This document shows positions 11,976 to 21,156 of a stretch of 64,000 nucleotides of DNA, piece by piece. The translations under genes were made by a program, and so were the position numbers. Below the pieces are notes generated by a model that saw nothing but the letters and a program-made list of their open reading frames with translations, ran no database searches and had not been told where the DNA came from. Numbering within the stretch: position 1 is the stretch's first letter; the number at the start of each line of letters is the position of its first letter. Location of the stretch: assembly GCA_045863235.1 (NCBI GenBank), contig BTUM01000003.1, positions 128,001 to 192,000 on the forward strand, read 5' to 3'. The stretch is from Candidatus Xenobia bacterium. GTDB taxonomy: Bacteria > Vulcanimicrobiota > Xenobia > Xenobiales > QWHO01.

Positions 11976-14531
11976 TCAGCGAGCCACCGGAACGAGCAGC
12001 TCCGCCCGACCGCTCTCCGGTCCGAAGCGAAGCTCGAGCCCGTCGCTGGCGGGCCCGGCCGCGACGTCCCCGGCGGTCGCCGAGCCGGCCGCCCCGCCCA
12101 CCAACCGCAGGCGGTAGCGCTGACCCGGACGGCCCTCCACCACCAACCGCAGACCGGTGGGGCCAGAAACGCTGCGCAGCACGCGCAACCCCTGGCTGGC
12201 GGCTCCGAGCGCGGGGGGAGGATGCTGCACGACCACCTCGGCACCGCCGCGCACGCCGATGCGCACCTCGCCCCGAGCCGGGGCGGCGCTCACTTCCACC
12301 AGCACCCGCTGGCCGTCCCCGAACGGCCTCCCCGCAGGCTCGGTGACCGCATCGCGCGGCGCCACCACGCCCAGCGTCAGGTCCAGCCTGGGGGCGGTGT
12401 GCTGCCAGGCGATCACGCGAGCCTCGCCTTCCCGCCGGTAGCTCAACTGCAGCGTCCCTCCGGCCACCGGAACGCGAGCCACGCTGAAAGCCTCCCAGTC
12501 GGCCGGAGGCTGGGGCACAAAGCGCGCGTGGCTGCCCGCACGATCCACCTCCAGCCCCAGCAGTCCGCGAACCACCGGGCTGGCGACCATGGCCTGAGAC
12601 CAGACCTGGTGGTGAGAAGAGCGTCCAAAGGGAGCCAGAAAGTCTCCCGAGATCAGCTCGGTCACGTAGCCCAGCGCCCCGCTGGTGGACAGGTGCACGT
12701 TGGCCTGCAGAGCCTGCCAGCCCACGTGGGGGCGTCCGTAGCGGTAGGCGGCCATACTGACCCAGCCGGTAAAGAGCGGCCAGACCGACCCGTAGTGGTA
12801 GCTGAGCGGGTCGTAGAGCTTGCTCTGGTTGCTCAGAATGCGATGGCCCCAGTCGGTGGCCATGGCGCGGCTGCCCAGATGGTCGAGCGTGCTCTGGGCC
12901 CGCCCGTCTTCCAGCAGTCCCCACCAGAGGGGCACGGCGCTCAGCACGGTATCCTCCCCTACCGGCCCCCCACTGGCCAGCTCATTCAGGCGGGCCTGAC
13001 GGCGAGCCAGGTAAGGCCCTGGCTCGGCCTTGCGAGCCGCGTGGGGACGGTCGATCGAGAAGGCGTAGTAGCCCTGAGAAGGCAACCAGTAGCGCGCCTC
13101 CACCGCCTTGCGGGTGGTCTCGGCGCGGGAGCGAGCCTCGGCGGCCAGCTGCCTGTCGCCCCGGGCCTCGGCCAGCTCGGCCAGGCTGCGGCAGGCCTCC
13201 ATCCAGCAGCCCTGCAGGTAGAGCTCGGCGTCGGGGGGATAGAGCGCGCCCCCCTCGACCCAGGCGTGTCCCACGCCGGTGTTCTCGACCAGACCGTCGC
13301 CGTCTTTGTCGGTGGCGGCGGTGAAGCGCCAGGCCTTGAGGGCTGCCTCCCAGCTCTTGTCCAGGAACGCCCGGTCGCCCGAGGCCCGATAGTAGTCGGC
13401 CAGGGCGATGACGTAGAGCGGGGTGGCGTCGGAGGAGGCCCAGCCGAAGGGATAGGCGTTCCACCAGTCCACCAGCGAAGCGCTCTGGGAGATCTCGTGG
13501 GGCACCTTGCCGTCGGCTCGCTGGAACTTGCGCAGAAACTCGAGAGCGGTGCGGGTGGTGGCGAAGTCGCCGTAGGCGGTGCTGGCCAGCACCGTCCAGA
13601 GGGCGTCGCGCCCGAAGAACCAGGCGTAGCCGGGACGCTCGGAGTCGCCCGAGGTGCGAAAGCCGGCTACCAGACCGGTGCCCAGCAGGGGATTGGCCAC
13701 CAGCCCCTTGTCGATACCCACCTTGGACCACTGGTAGGCCTGGTCGAGCTCGCGGTCAGGAGTATCCACCTGCACCGTATCCTGCAAGAGCCGGCGGTAG
13801 TGAGCCACGTTGGCATTGTAGTCGGCGGTGAGCCCCTGCAGCAGGCGGTCGTTGGCAGCCCTCGCCTCCTTGAGGCCCTTCACGCTGCCGGTGATGACGA
13901 TGGGGAGCGGACCCGCGCCCACGGGCAGATCCACCAGAAAGCGGGCCGGCTGATCGCGCGGCTCTTCCTGGTAGGGCATCAGGGTGACGTCGCGCGAGCC
14001 GGGACAGGCGATCACGGCCGCAAAGCGCCCGGACTCCTCGGTCAAGCTGTAGCGCCCGTCGGCAAAAGAGAGGTTGCCGGTCTGGATGCCGGCCGGCCAC
14101 ATCAGCTTGAGGCGGGGACGAAACTCGCCGGTCACGGTCATGGGCAGGAGCGTGTCCACTTCCAAAAGCATGGCCACGCCCGGCTCGTTGCGCGCGGCAA
14201 ACAGGATGTGGCGGGCGGTGAAGGCGCTGTGGGAATAGGTGAGGATGGTGGCCTCGGGGCGCACGGTGATCTGTTTGACCAGCTCGGTGGAGGGGACCGG
14301 GCTGGGATAGCCCTCGAGCGAGAAGTGGAGCTGGAAGTCCTCCAGCACTTTCATGGGATAGACCCAGGCCTCCAGCTTGCGCCCCTCGTAGCCGAACAGG
14401 GCGGCCCGGGGACCGCACACGTCCATGAAGGTGCCGACGTGGATGGGGCGCGAGAGCTCCAGGCCGCTCTCCTCCAGCGGCGCCGCGCTGGCCTGCGAAA
14501 GCAGCAAGAGCGCCAGGACCAGCCGTCTCAT
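11976..14531 (-). CDS. Secreted glycoside hydrolase, amylo-alpha-1,6-glucosidase / GH63-like (alpha/alpha)6 family
   Basis: Signal peptide MRRLVLALLLLSQASA, WFFGRDALW, DGKVPHE, DATPLY, SYHYGSVWP. ATGA overlap with the upstream gene. Confidence 0.85.
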   Translation of the reverse strand: MRRLVLALLLLSQASAAPLEESGLELSRPIHVGTFMDVCGPRAALFGYEGRKLEAWVYPMKVLEDFQLHFSLEGYPSPVPSTELVKQITVRPEATILTYSHSAFTARHILFAARNEPGVAMLLEVDTLLPMTVTGEFRPRLKLMWPAGIQTGNLSFADGRYSLTEESGRFAAVIACPGSRDVTLMPYQEEPRDQPARFLVDLPVGAGPLPIVITGSVKGLKEARAANDRLLQGLTADYNANVAHYRRLLQDTVQVDTPDRELDQAYQWSKVGIDKGLVANPLLGTGLVAGFRTSGDSERPGYAWFFGRDALWTVLASTAYGDFATTRTALEFLRKFQRADGKVPHEISQSASLVDWWNAYPFGWASSDATPLYVIALADYYRASGDRAFLDKSWEAALKAWRFTAATDKDGDGLVENTGVGHAWVEGGALYPPDAELYLQGCWMEACRSLAELAEARGDRQLAAEARSRAETTRKAVEARYWLPSQGYYAFSIDRPHAARKAEPGPYLARRQARLNELASGGPVGEDTVLSAVPLWWGLLEDGRAQSTLDHLGSRAMATDWGHRILSNQSKLYDPLSYHYGSVWPLFTGWVSMAAYRYGRPHVGWQALQANVHLSTSGALGYVTELISGDFLAPFGRSSHHQVWSQAMVASPVVRGLLGLEVDRAGSHARFVPQPPADWEAFSVARVPVAGGTLQLSYRREGEARVIAWQHTAPRLDLTLGVVAPRDAVTEPAGRPFGDGQRVLVEVSAAPARGEVRIGVRGGAEVVVQHPPPALGAASQGLRVLRSVSGPTGLRLVVEGRPGQRYRLRLVGGAAGSATAGDVAAGPASDGLELRFGPESGRAELLVPVAR

Positions 14532-14890
14532 GCCTTCTGATAGAGGGCTGCCACGGCTCCAGCCGGGTCGCGCACGACGGCAAAGCGATCCTGACCGGCC
14601 GCTCCCCGCACTCCCCCGATCAGCTCGCCCCCCCGTCGACGGGCGGCCTCCAGGCTCTGGTCCAGGTCGCTGACCACAAAGTAGGGAATCCACATCGGCG
14701 GAAGCTCGGCGTTGCTCCCCCGCGCGTGGCAGATTCCCGCCACACCCTGCCCCTGAGGATCTTGCATGACGTAGTCGTCGTAGTCGCCCATGCTCAGCCC
14801 TTCGGCCTTCCACCCCACAACCTCAGCGTAGAAGTCGCGCAGGGTGGTGGCGTCCTCCACGGTGATATCCAGCCATCCGATGGTGCTCAT
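14528..14890 (-). CDS. VOC / glyoxalase family protein
   Basis: IGWLDITVED...DFYAEVVGW, WIPYFVVSDLD, RFAVVRDPAGA. Confidence 0.9.
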   Translation of the reverse strand: MSTIGWLDITVEDATTLRDFYAEVVGWKAEGLSMGDYDDYVMQDPQGQGVAGICHARGSNAELPPMWIPYFVVSDLDQSLEAARRRGGELIGGVRGAAGQDRFAVVRDPAGAVAALYQKA

Positions 14891-14960
14891 GGAGGGGCCT
14901 TCGGGTCGTCGCGGCCAGCTCTCCTTCTCAGATGGAGGCGCAAACGAAGCGGCCAGACCA

Positions 14961-15404
14961 TTACGGCCACAGTGGAATGCTGTGCCTTTCCGGCTCGGTC
15001 TTGGCCGTGAATGGCTTTCGATCCAGAGTGCCTTTGATCACGTAGCGAGTCTGAATGACCGTGATGGTGCCCATGTAGGTATAGGTCCAGAAGCACTCGC
15101 GCGATTTCCCCTTATCAAGAGAGGCAGGGAGATCGGTCACCTGAAGAGCCATCGGCACCATGGAGCCATCGATGTCTTGCAGCTTGATGGGCTGGCCATT
15201 TCCGTCCAGGAACTCGACCGTCACCTGCAAGCCGCTCAACTTGCCCGAGCCCAGGTTGTTCAGGGTAAAATGGCCGTCGAGAGAGCGGTTTTCCCGACCG
15301 CGCACAACGGACGTATCGGTCACTTTCACCGGGCTGTCCTGGGCCGGCAGGGGGCTGCCAACCATCCCGAGCAGGGTAATGAAGAAAAGCCACCACGATT
15401 TCAT
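14961..15404 (-). CDS. Hypothetical secreted protein (beta-rich)
   Basis: SD GGAGG, signal peptide MKSWWLFFITLLGMVGSPLPA, VTVEFLDGNG. Confidence 0.65.
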   Translation of the reverse strand: MKSWWLFFITLLGMVGSPLPAQDSPVKVTDTSVVRGRENRSLDGHFTLNNLGSGKLSGLQVTVEFLDGNGQPIKLQDIDGSMVPMALQVTDLPASLDKGKSRECFWTYTYMGTITVIQTRYVIKGTLDRKPFTAKTEPERHSIPLWP

Positions 15405-15461
15405 TTGGGCCTCCGCCTCTTACAGTCCCTCGCATTGGTTGTGCGATGAATTCTCAACAGG

Positions 15462-15562
15462 TTGAACTTCGTCGCATCGCCCGTGCCACAACACTTTGGA
15501 AGCGGTTCGAAACAAGTTTCTCACCGCACGTTACGTGGCACGGTCAATGCGACGAAGTTTAA
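15462..15562. repeat. Long imperfect inverted repeat / extended hairpin
   Basis: 28-nt arms 15462-15489 and 15535-15562 match at 25 of 28 positions. Inner stems GCGGT/ACCGC and GAAAC/GTTTC. Confidence 0.8.
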
Positions 15563-15753
15563 GCGCATCTGGGGCATTCCCTGTTCTTCCTGGCCTGCTG
15601 GCTCTCCTCGGCCAAGAAGCGCGGGCAAGCCTTCAAGCCCCCCTCCCTCGTGGTTGGTCAGCTCTCCGGGCTCAGGACTTCCCATCCCGCCGACCTTTCA
15701 GGTTTCTTTTCAGCCACTTACGGCATACTCCAGGCGTGATCGTGGGTCATTCC

Positions 15754-18096
15754 ATGCCTTTCTCCAGAGCGCCCGTGCCGGCGGCTGCGACCGCATCTGT
15801 TCCTGAGCAGAGCGCGGTCGAGCCGGTCGACGGCTTCAGCCCGGTCTCAAAGTCGCCACCGGCCCTGCCGGCGTCGGTGGGTCCGGCCAGCGAGCTGGCC
15901 TTCCGGCTCCTGGGCGGCAGCCTGGGGCCGACCGTGCAGGCCGCCACCCGCACGGTGCTCGACGAGCTCGACTACAACCTGCGGCGCACCGCGCCGGGGC
16001 GAGAACTGGCCAGGGACCTCGCGCTCGAGCAGCCCGATCGGCCGAGCAACGCCATTCCGGTCGGGTCCGAGCTGACCCGGGGGCTGCGTGACAGGCTGAT
16101 CGGCGGTCGCACCCTGAGCTCCAGCCAGAGCTCGCTGCTGGCCCGCTCTCTGGTCATGACCAGCAAGTACCTTGGCCTGGACGACCGGCCGCTGATCGCT
16201 CCCCGGTCGGTCGAGGCCGCGCCACCCCCTGCCGATGCCAGGCTCGAGCCGGGGTACCACTGCGAAGTGACGCAAGTGGCGGTGGACCAGGTGCGCTGGC
16301 GGGGAGTCAGCGATTACGCCCCCTCCCGGCTCGGTCCCGTGGCGGTCCTGCTCGACGACCTCGGCCCAGAAGACCGAGTGCGCTTCTCCAACCTGCCCCT
16401 GGAGCAGTCGCTGCAGGGCTTGCCAGCCCCCACAGCCGCCGTGCGCTTGAACCTGCCCGTAAGCTCGTGGGCGCGGAGCCTGGACCTCGTCGAGCACCAG
16501 GATGGGTCGAAAACGCTGGTCGTGGGCGAGCTGCCCGGCCGCATCGCGCATCGCCACTACCAGCTGCTGGTCAAGAAGTACATGCATGGCAAGCCAGACG
16601 CTCCTGCCATGTCGGTGGTGGAGGCCCCCTCCGCCTATCAGGCCAGCTACGGTCAGCTGGCCGAATTCTTCGCCCGCAACGCCTCCGAGCTCGGCCAGGT
16701 GGATGCCGTGGCCGTGGGCTACGCGCGCACCTTCCGGGAGACCTGGACCGAGGTTCCCCGTCAACGAGTGTTCGATTCGACTTCGCCCTGGAAGGCGGAT
16801 GTCTATACCCTCCCCAACGGGAAACGACTGGCCGCCCTGACCAGCCAGGGCAACTTCCAGGGGGAGATTCTAGGGGAGGCGCTCAAGCGGCTGATTCAGG
16901 ATCATCCCTCCATCCGCCAGGTCTTTCTGGCTGGATCGGGGGGCTCGCTTCACGTTCGCGATCCTTATAGCATCGTCATCCCGGACCGGATCGGAGAGAC
17001 AGAGAACCTCCTCTCCACCCGGACCACCAACCTGGTCCACGAGAGCGTGCTCTCGCCCCTGGCGGAAACGCCCGAGGCCCTCAGCGATGCTGCCCGTCGC
17101 GGAGTGACCACCCTGGATATGGAGTTCGGCCACGCGGCCAGGGCCCTGCAGGGGCTGGGCGTGGAGCTCGGGGTGGGGGTGCTGGCCACCGACTTCCCTG
17201 TCGAGCGTCGTTTCAGCCCCGACGCCAGTCTCACGCGCCAGGACACCGAGCGCAAGTACTCCCACATCCATCGCTACACCCGGGCCGTCTACGAGGCGCT
17301 CACCTCCGGCCAGCCCCCGCTGGAGCACCCCCTGGAGCAGCACCTGGGTCGCCCTCTGGGAGCGCTTTCTCGCGAGAACCTCCAGCGCGAGCTGCAGATC
17401 ATGGGAGAGCTGGGCGAGGCAGAACGGGGACTCTTCGAGCGCCTGCTGGAGCTCAAGCCGCACTATTCGTTCCGCATGACCGAAGCGCGCCTGCGGCGCG
17501 TGCTGGAAGATGGCGTTTTGCTCTCCACGGGCCAGGTGTCGCGCCTGCTCGAGCGTCCCGTCTCGCCTTACACCCCCGGCGTGGAGGACGAGATGTTCGG
17601 TGCTTACGAGCACACCTTCGGTGCGCTCGGCTTCGGACAGGGCGACGAACGCTACGGCCCGGTCGAGGTTCGCCTGCGCCCAGAGGTGTGGAAGGCGCGC
17701 TCCTGGGCCTCGTTTGCCTCGGGGTGGAAGGCGCTGAGCCGGGTCAGCGAGGAGCCGCTCGAATATGATCGGGCTGACCCCGAGCTGCTCTCGGCCGCAC
17801 GCGAGCGGTTCTCCCACTGGGTGGTGACCCCGCCCGACTATAACGCCACGGTTGCTGCCGGGATCGTGGGCCGCCTCGGGAAGCTTCCGCCCGAAGTCCG
17901 CGAAGAGCTGCTCAAGGCCTCCTCGGTAGAGCTTCCGGCCCTGCTCGTCAAGCACCGACTGTGGTATCTGGAAGGAAAGATCCATGGCGCCCTCAACCTC
18001 GAAGATATCGAGCGGCTGATCGTGGAGCCGACCTTTCCCGAATCCCTGCGCGAGCTCTGTCTCCAGCGGGGCATTGCGGTGGAGGTCCGCTCCTGA
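15754..18096 (+). CDS. Multidomain protein: nucleoside phosphorylase (PNP/UDP fold) plus C-terminal DUF3626-like domain
   Basis: VFLAGSGGSL...VIPD, SPLAET, GVTTLDME, VLATD, then EMFG...RYGPVEVRLRPEV and YLEGKIHGALNLEDIERLIV. Confidence 0.65.
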   Translation: MPFSRAPVPAAATASVPEQSAVEPVDGFSPVSKSPPALPASVGPASELAFRLLGGSLGPTVQAATRTVLDELDYNLRRTAPGRELARDLALEQPDRPSNAIPVGSELTRGLRDRLIGGRTLSSSQSSLLARSLVMTSKYLGLDDRPLIAPRSVEAAPPPADARLEPGYHCEVTQVAVDQVRWRGVSDYAPSRLGPVAVLLDDLGPEDRVRFSNLPLEQSLQGLPAPTAAVRLNLPVSSWARSLDLVEHQDGSKTLVVGELPGRIAHRHYQLLVKKYMHGKPDAPAMSVVEAPSAYQASYGQLAEFFARNASELGQVDAVAVGYARTFRETWTEVPRQRVFDSTSPWKADVYTLPNGKRLAALTSQGNFQGEILGEALKRLIQDHPSIRQVFLAGSGGSLHVRDPYSIVIPDRIGETENLLSTRTTNLVHESVLSPLAETPEALSDAARRGVTTLDMEFGHAARALQGLGVELGVGVLATDFPVERRFSPDASLTRQDTERKYSHIHRYTRAVYEALTSGQPPLEHPLEQHLGRPLGALSRENLQRELQIMGELGEAERGLFERLLELKPHYSFRMTEARLRRVLEDGVLLSTGQVSRLLERPVSPYTPGVEDEMFGAYEHTFGALGFGQGDERYGPVEVRLRPEVWKARSWASFASGWKALSRVSEEPLEYDRADPELLSAARERFSHWVVTPPDYNATVAAGIVGRLGKLPPEVREELLKASSVELPALLVKHRLWYLEGKIHGALNLEDIERLIVEPTFPESLRELCLQRGIAVEVRS

Positions 18097-18707
18097 GACG
18101 CTGGCTGGCACTTGCTCTCCTGCTGACGCTGCCGGTCGCGGCCCAAAGCGAGCTTCCCCCCGGCTACAAGGTCATGCGCCAGTTCGGCAAGCCGGCCCGC
18201 TGGCGCCGAGAGTTGCTCCCCATCCGCCTCTTCTCGAGCGCTCAATTGCGCCTGGTGGATCACTGCCTCGCCCAGTGGAACCAGGCCGGACAGGGCCAGC
18301 TCTATGCGCGTTCCTCGGCCGAGGAGGCGGACGTGCGCCTCGACTGGAGCTCGCCCCGCCTGCCCGCCGGGCGGGCAGGAGCAGTGTGGTGGAACCCGGT
18401 GATGGGCCACCTGCTCATTGAGGGCATGGCCGTGGACGGCGCCTGGAACGTGTCGGAGGGAGTGCGGGCCCGGGTGCTCTTGCAGGAGCTGGGCCACTGC
18501 CTGGGCCTGAGCGATTCGACCGACCCCGGCGACGTGATGTACACGGTGGTGGTCAACCGGCGCCGCCGGCCCCTCGCCCTGGACGCGGCCCGCCTTTCCA
18601 GCCGCGACCGCCAGGCGCTGGGGTGGCTGTATGCCCAGGAGGATTTTGTGCCCATCTGTGTGCACTTGCCCGACCCGGCCGCTCCCACGCCTGTCCCGAT
18701 GCGTTAA
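18093..18707 (+). CDS. Secreted matrixin-like (metzincin) protein with variant zinc motif
   Basis: QELGHCLGLSDS plus Met-turn DVMY. Signal peptide RRWLALALLLTLPVAA. Probable CTG start with GGAGG at 18081-18085. Confidence 0.7.
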   Translation: MRRWLALALLLTLPVAAQSELPPGYKVMRQFGKPARWRRELLPIRLFSSAQLRLVDHCLAQWNQAGQGQLYARSSAEEADVRLDWSSPRLPAGRAGAVWWNPVMGHLLIEGMAVDGAWNVSEGVRARVLLQELGHCLGLSDSTDPGDVMYTVVVNRRRRPLALDAARLSSRDRQALGWLYAQEDFVPICVHLPDPAAPTPVPMR

Positions 18708-18740
18708 CATCACCGCAACGATTCCCCTGGGCCGGCCGCA

Positions 18741-18746
18741 TATAAT
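18741..18746 (+). promoter_or_regulatory. -10 element
   Basis: TATAAT, then SD GGGAGG before ATG 18775. Confidence 0.6.
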
Positions 18747-18774
18747 CCTCCCAGCCACATCAGGGAGGCCTGTC

Positions 18775-20739
18775 ATGAACGTCACCACAGCCAGTCTGGC
18801 CTATACGGGAGCCGAGGCCCGTCGCATCGGAGCCGGCGAAGGAAAGCCGAAGCCGATCGGAGCCGGCGGGAACTCGCCCGCTCCGGCGCAGCCCCAGCAG
18901 CCCGCCCAACCCCCGGCGGGTCAGACGGGCCAGAAGGCCCCGGTCACTCCGCTCGAGCCCGAGAAGGAGTGGACCGTGCTGATGTATATGAACGGAAACA
19001 ACGGCCTCTCCAGCTCGGTCATCAGCAACCTGCGCCAGCTCGAGTATGTGGGCTCGGACAAGAACATCAACTGGGTGGCCCAGGCCTCCCGCTCCAAGGG
19101 CCTGATGGACGGCTGGAAGGGCGACTGGACGGGCGTGCGCCGCTACAACATGGTGCACAACGGCGAGAAGCTCACCCCCTCGGTGATCATCTCCACCGCG
19201 CTGCTGGGCTGGTTGCCCGGCAGCTCCACCAAGATCGAGTCCCCGGTCGTGCAGGACCTGGGCGACAAGAACATGGGCAAGGCCCAGACACTGCAGGAGT
19301 TCCTCGAGTGGGGCATGGCCGCCTACCCGGCCAAGCGCTACATGGTCGTGATGCAGGGCCCCTCCACCGGCCTGTCGGGCATGATGAACGACGAAGTGCA
19401 CGGCTCCAAGATGAAGATCAGCGAAGTGGGCCAGGTGTTCGAGAACGTCAAGGCCTCCACCGGCAAGAAGATCGACGTGGTGGCCATCGACGGCTCCACC
19501 TCGACCACCATGGAGCTGGCCTACGAGCTCAAGGACAGCGTCAACTACATGATCGGCTCGCAGGGTATCCAGGCCGGCGGCGGCATGTTCATCGGCCAGA
19601 TCGCCAACGAGATCAAGAACCTCAACCAGGATCACGTGCAGGATCCGGTCACGATGACCCGCATGTGGTGCTTGATGAACTCGATGGGCTCGGGGATGGC
19701 CAACATCTCCAGCACCATCTCGGCCATCGACCTGACCAAAATGGACGCCGTCAAGCAGAGCTGGGACGAGATGTCCCAGAAGATCCTGGCGGCCAACATC
19801 CCGGGCGAGACGCTCAACCGGATTCTGGACGACACTCAGGACTTCCAGGGCCGCTCCAAAAACGAGGCCTACCAGAACCAGCGCGACGCTTTCGACTTCG
19901 CCAAGCGCATCTCCGAGCACCCCGAGATCACCGATCAGGGCGTGAAGGACGCTGCCAAGGCCACCATGGCCGCCATCGAGGGCGCCCTGGTGGGCGACGC
20001 CGCGGTGGGCAAGTACGTCAAGAACGCCCACGGCCTCTCGGTGTTCGCTCCCACCCACTACGGCTATTTCCGCCCCGACGGCACGCCGGTGGCCAACCGC
20101 TCCATCAAGGACGCCGACTACTCGAGCACCAAGTTCGCTCAGGACACGGTGTGGGACGACGTGCTCACGGCCGGTGCCCAGGACTCGGGCTTCAACAACG
20201 CCCTCAAGAAGCTCGGCTTCTCGGAGAACGCGCTGGACAAGTGGAGCGACTTCTCCGGCAAACACGCCGGTAAGGTCAGCTTCGTGGGCAACATCGCCTC
20301 GATGGCCGGCTGGTTCAATGCCATCAACGCCTGGCGCGGAGCCGAGGCCAGCGGCTTCTTGGGTATTCCGGCCGCCTACACGCCTTACGTCGGTATGGTG
20401 GGCGCCGGTTATGACGCCATCAACGCCGCCAAGAACATCCACTACAGCGCCACCGAGCTGCAAGACACCGACGCCGTGGTGAGCGCCGCCTTCGACGTGG
20501 GTCGGGCCGGCCTCAAAGCCGTCGCCAACCTGGGCTACATCAACCCCGCCCTCAAGGGCGTGGCCGGCACGGCCGGTATGGTGATGTTCTTCTCGCCCTG
20601 GATTCGCGACATCTACGGGGTCTACTCGAACTACAAGCAGATCCGCGACAACATCGAGCTCTCGAACCAGCCGAGCAGCACCAAGTGGGCGATGGCGGCT
20701 TACGGCTACTGGGCCAACAACCACCTGCAGGACAAGTAA
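18775..20739 (+). CDS. Clostripain-family (peptidase C11) homologue lacking the catalytic dyad, with hydrophobic C-terminal helices
   Basis: KEWTVLMYMNGNNGL, NMGKAQTLQEFLEWGMAAYPAKRY, MELAYELKD, TISAIDL, HGLSVFAP. Confidence 0.8.
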   Translation: MNVTTASLAYTGAEARRIGAGEGKPKPIGAGGNSPAPAQPQQPAQPPAGQTGQKAPVTPLEPEKEWTVLMYMNGNNGLSSSVISNLRQLEYVGSDKNINWVAQASRSKGLMDGWKGDWTGVRRYNMVHNGEKLTPSVIISTALLGWLPGSSTKIESPVVQDLGDKNMGKAQTLQEFLEWGMAAYPAKRYMVVMQGPSTGLSGMMNDEVHGSKMKISEVGQVFENVKASTGKKIDVVAIDGSTSTTMELAYELKDSVNYMIGSQGIQAGGGMFIGQIANEIKNLNQDHVQDPVTMTRMWCLMNSMGSGMANISSTISAIDLTKMDAVKQSWDEMSQKILAANIPGETLNRILDDTQDFQGRSKNEAYQNQRDAFDFAKRISEHPEITDQGVKDAAKATMAAIEGALVGDAAVGKYVKNAHGLSVFAPTHYGYFRPDGTPVANRSIKDADYSSTKFAQDTVWDDVLTAGAQDSGFNNALKKLGFSENALDKWSDFSGKHAGKVSFVGNIASMAGWFNAINAWRGAEASGFLGIPAAYTPYVGMVGAGYDAINAAKNIHYSATELQDTDAVVSAAFDVGRAGLKAVANLGYINPALKGVAGTAGMVMFFSPWIRDIYGVYSNYKQIRDNIELSNQPSSTKWAMAAYGYWANNHLQDK

Positions 20740-20762
20740 GACCTCTCCTGCTCGACGCTCGA

Positions 20763-20795
20763 GAAGGGCGGCCGCGAGGTCGCCCTTCGTGCTTT
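20763..20795 (+). terminator. Intrinsic terminator
   Basis: GAAGGGCGGCC-GCGA-GGTCGCCCTTC followed by GTGCTTT. Confidence 0.65.
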
Positions 20796-20844
20796 GCGCG
20801 ATCGTCAGAGGCGGCGGGAGCGATCGGCTCGAACTCAGTGGTGG

Positions 20845-21156
20845 ATGAATCCGCACCAGCGAATCGACGACTGGACCCTGGCCATGATGCGCGAAATCGT
20901 AGCTCGCATCGATGCCGACCCGGCTCGAAGCGGACTCGAGAAAGCGCGCGCCACGGCCCGACGCTGGCACTCGCAACATCCCAACCGGGCTGTGGCCGAA
21001 TGGTTGGGTCTGCTCGAGCTTTCCTGGGAAGAGCTGCGCCCCATCTTGCTCGACGAGGGCGAGGAGGGCCAGCGGTTGCGATCCAGTGCCCCCTTCGCCG
21101 GCATCCTCAGCCCCCGCGAGCGTCTGGACCTGTTTCGGAGCTATCGTGCTCCGTAG
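20845..21156 (+). CDS. Small hypothetical protein, putative antitoxin partner of the downstream nucleotidyltransferase
   Basis: W..LL...EEL...LLDEGEEGQRLRSSAPFAGILSPRER. Overlaps the downstream start. Confidence 0.7.
   Translation: MNPHQRIDDWTLAMMREIVARIDADPARSGLEKARATARRWHSQHPNRAVAEWLGLLELSWEELRPILLDEGEEGQRLRSSAPFAGILSPRERLDLFRSYRAP

Noticed and set aside
11889..14540. 883-aa plus-strand ORF, and similar long ORFs such as 18760..21219, 43787..45580, 47778..49406 and 55962..57713
   Set aside because: They are antisense shadows of well-supported genes, expected in high-GC DNA, and carry no recognisable motifs.
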